Below are positions 58,410-64,000 of a DNA stretch of 64,000 nt, in pieces. Source of the DNA: an uncultured delta proteobacterium (GTDB taxonomy: Bacteria > Desulfobacterota > RBG-13-43-22); the NCBI GenBank assembly GCA_963790475.1, contig CAWBOS010000006.1, positions 128,001 to 192,000 of the forward strand, in the 5' to 3' direction. Each line of letters opens with the position of its first letter. Within the stretch, counting starts at the first letter, position 1. Below the pieces are notes generated by a model that saw only the letters and a list, made by a program, of their open reading frames with translations, made no database searches and was not told the DNA's origin. The position numbers and the translations under genes were made by a program.

Positions 58410-59555
58410 GTGGATTTCTTGTTGAAAGACGACCAGATTAAACTAAAAGAGTCCGTCATTAATTTTGTGAAGCGTTCGCTGAATGATGGGGCTTACGAAC
58501 GCCGTAACAGCGAGGAGTTCTATTGGGATGGGTGGAAGAAATGTGCAGATTTTGGGATACTGGGGTTGCCCATGCCGCAGAAGTATGGAGGATTAGAAAT
58601 GGACTTGATGGGATGCGTGGCTGCCATGGAAGGATTCGGTTATGCTTCCAAGGATCCCGGATTGCTTTTCTCTATAAACACTCATATTTGGACTTGTGAA
58701 TTTCCCATTTTAAAGTTCGGTTCCGAAGAACAAAAAGAGAAATACCTTAGGGGGTTAATAAAAGGTTCTATAATTGGCGGACATGCAATGACCGAACCGG
58801 ATTCCGGTTCCGATGCTTTCAGCCTCAGGTGCAAAGCAATACGCGATGGCAACAAGTATATTCTTAATGGAACAAAGATGTTCATTACCAATGCACCTAT
58901 CGCCGATATTCTCCTTGTTTTTGCCCGGATCGATGATCGAAAAGGATTTGCCGGAATCTCGGTATTCATTGTGGAAAAGGATTTTCCTGGATTTTCCATC
59001 GGCAAACCGCTCAAGATGATGGGCCTCGAAGACTGTCCTCTTGGTGAAGTCATCTTGCGGGAATGCGAAGTACCCGTTGAAAACAGATTGGGGAGAGAAG
59101 GGGCAGGATCTGCGGTATTCAATTCGGAAATGGAACAAGAACGAAGCTGCCTGTTTGCCACCCACCTGGGAAGTATGGAAAAGATTCTGGAAGACTGCAT
59201 CGAATATGCCAAAACACGCCATCAGTTTGGTAAACCTATTGGGAGTAATCAATCGATTTCACATAAGATAGCCGAAATGAAGGTGCGGGTTGAAATGTCC
59301 CGACTTATTCTCTACAGGGTTGCATGGATTAAAACCATCGGTCAGCGCGCTCCTATGGAAGCTGCCATCGCTAAATTATTCATAAGCGAGAGTTATGTGG
59401 CTACATGTATGGATGCTCTTCAGATCCATGGTGCCTATGGTTATTCGAGAGAGTTTAGTATTGAAAGAAGTCTTCGGGACGCGATCGGATCAAAGATATA
59501 TTCGGGGACTTCCGAGATCCAGAGGAACATCATAGCAACTTTTTTAGGTCTTTAG
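58410..59555 (+). CDS. acyl-CoA dehydrogenase, prolyl-carrier-protein dehydrogenase-like (PltE/RedW/CloN3 type)
   Basis: GLLFSINTHIW, MTEPDSGSDA, ERSCLFATHLGSME, IYSGTSEIQRNIIA; GTG 58410 after AAGGAG. Confidence 0.82.
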   Translation: MDFLLKDDQIKLKESVINFVKRSLNDGAYERRNSEEFYWDGWKKCADFGILGLPMPQKYGGLEMDLMGCVAAMEGFGYASKDPGLLFSINTHIWTCEFPILKFGSEEQKEKYLRGLIKGSIIGGHAMTEPDSGSDAFSLRCKAIRDGNKYILNGTKMFITNAPIADILLVFARIDDRKGFAGISVFIVEKDFPGFSIGKPLKMMGLEDCPLGEVILRECEVPVENRLGREGAGSAVFNSEMEQERSCLFATHLGSMEKILEDCIEYAKTRHQFGKPIGSNQSISHKIAEMKVRVEMSRLILYRVAWIKTIGQRAPMEAAIAKLFISESYVATCMDALQIHGAYGYSREFSIERSLRDAIGSKIYSGTSEIQRNIIATFLGL

Positions 59556-59576
59556 CCCCGGTTACAATAAGATTAT

Positions 59577-61190
59577 ATGTATTCATATCTTTTACACCAT
59601 CTTCTGACAAATACGGCCAGACAGAATCCGGATAAAAAGGCTGTTATCTTCAAAGATAAGTCGTTGACCTACTCAGAGCTGGATGCCCAGAGTGATCAAT
59701 TTGCCGCAACTTTGTCCGGGTTAGGCATAAGAATGGGAGACCGGGTCGGCATTATTCTCGGCAAATCCATTGAGGCCATCATCAGCATTTTTGGGATACT
59801 GAAGGCCGGAGCGGCCTATGTGCCTGTAGATTATCAGTCGCCGATGAGTCGGACACAACACATATTGAAGAATTGCGGCATCAGCGCTGTGATCTCATCT
59901 CATACAATGGCAGAGAAAATAATAAAAGACCCTGACCCGGAATTGTCTCTAAGAACAATCATAGTTACTGGAACCGACTCGCGAATCCTTGGCCATGGAG
60001 TAGGAATTAAATCGATATCTTTTGAGACGATATTGAATGAGGGAAAAAAAGATGATCCTCAAGTCGAAATGGCTGATGTCAGTCCTGCCTACATCCTGCA
60101 CACCTCCGGTTCAACGGGGTTGCCGAAGGGTGTCGTAATTTCACACCTGAACGCCCTTTCCTTTGTCAACATGGCCGCAGAGTTCTTTCACATAGGTATA
60201 GACGATAGGTTCGGCAATGTCGCGCCCCTTCACTTTGATCTTTCAGTGTTCGATATATTCGTTGCTGTTAAAGCCGGAGCGGCTATCATCTTAGTCCCGG
60301 AATATCTTACCGCTTTTCCGATAAGGTTAGCCGAGTATATAGAAAATCAGAGGATCACCGTATGGAATTCGGTTTCTTCGCTCCTATCGATGCTTGCCGA
60401 AAAAGGAGGGCTCGAAAGAGTTTCTCTGGAATCTTTGCGCATCTTACATTTTTCCGGAGAAATCCTGCCGATCAAATATCTCCGGATACTTAAGAATTGT
60501 ATGCAGAATGCGAAGTTCTATAATATCTACGGACAGACCGAAGCAAATTCCTCTGTGTACTATCAAGTCAGGGAACTCCAAGAAAATGACCATTGGAAGA
60601 TACCCATCGGCAGACCGTTTCCAAACTTTGAAGTGTTCATCATGGGGGAGGATGGCAGTGAGAAGACTGCTCCTGGCGATGAAGGGGAATTGTATGTCAA
60701 GAGCTCCACGGTAGCCATAGGTTACTGGGGCCGGGAGGAGGAAACGCGGGAGAAGTTCGTGTCAGACCCGCGAGACCTCTTCGGAAGGCAACGATGTTAC
60801 AAAACCGGAGATCTCGTCCGCATTGACGACGATGGCAATTACGTGTTCGTTGGCCGCAAGGACCACATGATAAAAAGCAGAGGCTATAGAATAGAGTTGG
60901 CGGAGATCGAGGCTGTTCTCAACAGCCACCCGCTCATTAGACAGGCCGTGGTAACAGCAATTCCTGATGAGCTAATCGGAAACAGGCTCATCGGCCACGT
61001 TTCATTAGTGGAACGAGGGGTATTGAGCAAAAATGATCTTTACAGGTTCTGCAGCAGTCCTTTGCCAAAGTATATGATACCCGGGGTTTTCAAGTTTCAC
61101 GATGGGTTGCCCTTGAGTTCAACGGGTAAGGTTAACAGAAAGGCTTTAGAAGGGCAGGACTTGAATGATTCGAAAGTAGAGGTAGGGTAA
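59577..61190 (+). CDS. stand-alone amino-acid adenylation enzyme (PltF/DltA-like)
   Basis: LTYSEL, KAGAAYVP, HTSGSTGLPKG, LHFDLSVFD, NIYGQTE, YKTGD, GRKDHMIKSRGYRIEL, LSSTGKVNR. Confidence 0.92.
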   Translation: MYSYLLHHLLTNTARQNPDKKAVIFKDKSLTYSELDAQSDQFAATLSGLGIRMGDRVGIILGKSIEAIISIFGILKAGAAYVPVDYQSPMSRTQHILKNCGISAVISSHTMAEKIIKDPDPELSLRTIIVTGTDSRILGHGVGIKSISFETILNEGKKDDPQVEMADVSPAYILHTSGSTGLPKGVVISHLNALSFVNMAAEFFHIGIDDRFGNVAPLHFDLSVFDIFVAVKAGAAIILVPEYLTAFPIRLAEYIENQRITVWNSVSSLLSMLAEKGGLERVSLESLRILHFSGEILPIKYLRILKNCMQNAKFYNIYGQTEANSSVYYQVRELQENDHWKIPIGRPFPNFEVFIMGEDGSEKTAPGDEGELYVKSSTVAIGYWGREEETREKFVSDPRDLFGRQRCYKTGDLVRIDDDGNYVFVGRKDHMIKSRGYRIELAEIEAVLNSHPLIRQAVVTAIPDELIGNRLIGHVSLVERGVLSKNDLYRFCSSPLPKYMIPGVFKFHDGLPLSSTGKVNRKALEGQDLNDSKVEVG

Positions 61191-61201
61191 TCAGGTCGAA
61201 C

Positions 61202-62152
61202 ATGTGGTCTCCGAAGTTGCAATGTCCTGTCTGTCGCATATCCTTTGGTGTGTCACTCTCTAAGGGGATTAAGTTGCCCCAAACGGTATGTAGGGTCTGT
61301 GGTTTTCGCGTAGTGCCAATGGACGGAACGTACGACGGGAGGGTTTCAAAGAATCATCCACTCGACTTCTCTGTTCAATGGATATTATGGGACAAAGGCA
61401 AACTAGGAGACAGCAGATTCACCTATGGCCAACTCCCTACTCAGGCGTTCGATTTATTACTCCAAGCCCTGAATCTTAACGCCGAGATTTTGAAACAGTT
61501 TACGCTTCTCGAAGTTGGGTACGGTAACGGAAGACTGCTCCAAGAAATACAGAAACATTGCTCGGCAGCATTTGGGATCGACCTGTGCTTGCCAGCGGCG
61601 TCTTCAAGTCTCAAACCTAACACGATAATTCAGGGGGATCTGTTCGCGATTCCTTTCGAACCCGGCCAATTTGACATCGTGATCTGCAAAGGCACGATTC
61701 AACACACACCAAGGCCAAAACAGGCATTTCGCTGTGTAGCAGATCAAGTGGGTCCTAATGGACTGCTATACATAAGCACATACGAAAAGAACATGAAGAA
61801 AAGCCTGATGTTAAGGACCATTCTACCTTGGACTTGGAGATACCCAGTTTTCGTTCGTTTGCTCATCTCTCGTATTTTGGGCATGGCGCGAGCATTATTG
61901 CATGCTGTGCGCGCTGGCGATATTAGTCTGAAAACAATCACCAAAATGTATCGGACAAGTTACAAACTTGCCGTATTCGACGTGATATCACCTCGATGGA
62001 GCCATACTTTAGCGCCTGACCAGGTAGTTTCATGGTTCGATGAGTGCGGATTTAGAGCCCGTCGAGTGGGCCAGGGTATCTACGTGGGGCGTAAGCAGCC
62101 AAAGGATTACCCGGTACAAGAGGATCGGAAGAGAGTCCGCGAAGGAGCGTGA
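61202..62152 (+). CDS. class I SAM methyltransferase with N-terminal Zn-ribbon
   Basis: CPVC...CRVC, LEVGYGNG, QGDLFAIPF, FDIV, IQHTP. Confidence 0.8.
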   Translation: MWSPKLQCPVCRISFGVSLSKGIKLPQTVCRVCGFRVVPMDGTYDGRVSKNHPLDFSVQWILWDKGKLGDSRFTYGQLPTQAFDLLLQALNLNAEILKQFTLLEVGYGNGRLLQEIQKHCSAAFGIDLCLPAASSSLKPNTIIQGDLFAIPFEPGQFDIVICKGTIQHTPRPKQAFRCVADQVGPNGLLYISTYEKNMKKSLMLRTILPWTWRYPVFVRLLISRILGMARALLHAVRAGDISLKTITKMYRTSYKLAVFDVISPRWSHTLAPDQVVSWFDECGFRARRVGQGIYVGRKQPKDYPVQEDRKRVREGA

Positions 62153-63108
62153 AGGTGCAATTCAGCGTAATCATTGCGGTCTACAACGGTGCAAAGTATG
62201 TTCGGCAGGCGATTGACTCGGTCCTGTCGCAGACCTTTGAAGACTATGAACTTATTGTAATCGATGACGGTTCAACCGACCGGACGTGGGACGTCCTTAA
62301 ATCCTACGGAACACAGATCATAACCCTGCACCAAGTCAATCAAGGGCCGGAAGCTGCCCACAAGCTGGCGGTCTCCGCTGCCAGCGGAGACTACCTGGCA
62401 TTCTTAGACCATGATGATCTTTTCCTGCCTTGGACGTTAGGGACTTACGACAGAGTCGTTCGCGCCTTCCAGTTTCCCCCATTAATTCTCGGGTCCACGA
62501 TGTATTTCGTGGAGGACAACGCTATTCCGGCGGATTCCGGAAATGCGGGTACTCTCGAGATATTGAAATATCGGGACTTCCTGTCAAAGGGTGTTGGTAT
62601 TAGTATCTCGAGCAGCAAAATCGTCATTAAGAAGTCTGTGTTCAAAGAAGTCACCGGACGACGAGATATGATAAAGGCTTTTCCTTTCAACGATTATAGC
62701 CTGCTGTTCCTAGCGGGCACCTACGGGCCCTGCGTGATTGTAAAGCGACCGACGACAGTGGCCTATAGGAGACATGCTGCCAACACAAGTCGTGATATCG
62801 AGGCCATGACGGAGGGAGTTATCTGTCTGATTCGAGCGGAATTGTCTGGATTGTATCCCGGGGGGAGGACCCGACGATTTGCTAGGTATGCGCTCATCGG
62901 TGGTCCTGTGTACGAGTGGAGCAAAAAGGCATTCAAGAGGCGTCGTCGCGGGCTTGCGCTCCGGCTCTTGATACGCGGTTTGCCTATGGTGGTAGCCGCC
63001 ATTCTGAGGAAGTCGGCGTTCGCGTTCCAACGGACATCCGTCCTAACTGTCTCGAAAGGTTGCCAAGGCAGTGACGGACCGATCGGCGATCGGGAGACTT
63101 TTGAATAA
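62149..63108 (+). CDS. glycosyltransferase family 2
   Basis: SVIIAVYN, SVLSQT, VIDDGSTD, AFLDHDD. Confidence 0.9.
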   Translation: MKVQFSVIIAVYNGAKYVRQAIDSVLSQTFEDYELIVIDDGSTDRTWDVLKSYGTQIITLHQVNQGPEAAHKLAVSAASGDYLAFLDHDDLFLPWTLGTYDRVVRAFQFPPLILGSTMYFVEDNAIPADSGNAGTLEILKYRDFLSKGVGISISSSKIVIKKSVFKEVTGRRDMIKAFPFNDYSLLFLAGTYGPCVIVKRPTTVAYRRHAANTSRDIEAMTEGVICLIRAELSGLYPGGRTRRFARYALIGGPVYEWSKKAFKRRRRGLALRLLIRGLPMVVAAILRKSAFAFQRTSVLTVSKGCQGSDGPIGDRETFE

Positions 63109-63546
63109 CCATGTCAAATTTTGTGAAGAGATGATTATCAGACAAAAGTTTCATTTCGTCAACCTCGCTTCAACTCGCTGGTTTCTCCTCTGGCCTGACT
63201 TTCAGCAGGCTATAGCCCTCCAGCCCTGGGGGGAAGTGCCTGGGCCGCGGAGGGATGGCATTTTAATCTCTTCAGAGAGTCGAAGATTAATAAGACCGCT
63301 TAATCCGGGGGCTTCCAGCCTGGAATGGTTTTCAAACCGCAAGGAGAGAGGTATACTCGAAACAAGGGCCGGAGTCTCCAAGGGGGGATTGGCTGATTCT
63401 TAAGCCGGAGTAATTCCCTGGTTGGACTTCTTAAGAGGAAATTTTAAAATTTTAATTGGAGAATCTGAATATTGGAACGAAAAATTTAGTAAGAAAAAAA
63501 ATTTTAAAAATGTTCGCCCTCGCCCATAAAAAAACTCCAGAGAAAT

Positions 63547-64000
63547 ATGGCCGACTACGGTCTCCAGGCAGCAGTCAAGAAGACGATTTTATATGCCCTG
63601 CAGGGTGCTTATGAGAGCCGGTGTTACCGTATCTACGGCATCGATCTGGAGATCTTTGAGCCCCGTCCGCCGAGAAAGAGTGAATTTGTGTTTAAAGAAG
63701 TAAATCCGTCACAATTCGGAATGATCCGGCAGATTGAGGATATGGAGGAGTGGCTTTCCGGACAAGTAGCACTCCAATTGGAAAAAGGGGCTTACTGCCT
63801 GGCGGCCTTCAAAGGGGAAGAGGTCGTCAGCTTCAATCTGGTGCAGTTCAGGCAGATATTTATTCCCCTGATTAAGATGAAGCGGGTTTTCAAACCAGAT
63901 GAAGCCTGGTCGGAACAAATCACCGTGCATAAAAAATTCCGGAAGATGGGTTTGGCCCAGCGACATGCGCTTTCGGGTTTTTGCTTCGCTCAAGGGTCGA
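63547..64000 (+). CDS. GNAT-like protein, runs off the window end (probable +1 lesions near 63524 and 63958)
   Basis: open frame MADYGLQ...CLAAFKGEEVVSFNLV...AWSEQITVHKKFRKMGLA to the window end; not in the ORF track because it lacks a stop. Confidence 0.65.
   Translation, partial: MADYGLQAAVKKTILYALQGAYESRCYRIYGIDLEIFEPRPPRKSEFVFKEVNPSQFGMIRQIEDMEEWLSGQVALQLEKGAYCLAAFKGEEVVSFNLVQFRQIFIPLIKMKRVFKPDEAWSEQITVHKKFRKMGLAQRHALSGFCFAQGS

Overview
64 kb of chromosome from a strictly anaerobic Desulfobacterota (delta-proteobacteria)-like bacterium; the taxonomy is inferred from gene content and protein style. 0.4-24.5 kb is housekeeping and acyl-CoA metabolism: glgB, GH57, Xaa-Pro peptidase, a Liv-type ABC operon with an embedded acyl-CoA ligase, kup, an acyl-CoA dehydrogenase and a DUF35 pseudogene. 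24.7-36.8 kb is a tungsten-type (class II) benzoyl-CoA reductase cluster bamBCD-x-EF. Both bamE and bamF carry in-frame UGA selenocysteine codons with SECIS-like hairpins, which the ORF track splits or truncates. No bamGHI follows; instead come intact class I (ATP-dependent) bzdP and bzdQ activase genes and a truncated bzdM-like ferredoxin, with no bzdNO in the window. 37-43.8 kb is a sigma54/two-component cascade with several Asp-less receivers. 43.8-64 kb is an exopolysaccharide locus containing amino-sugar genes, two four-helix-bundle genes set in periodic 7-nt/9-nt palindromic repeats (one such repeat sits in frame inside degT), and a stand-alone adenylation/carrier protein/dehydrogenase/ureohydrolase/GNAT module. 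No rRNA, tRNA, CRISPR array or transposase was recognised. All family assignments come from motif recognition by eye, not database searches.
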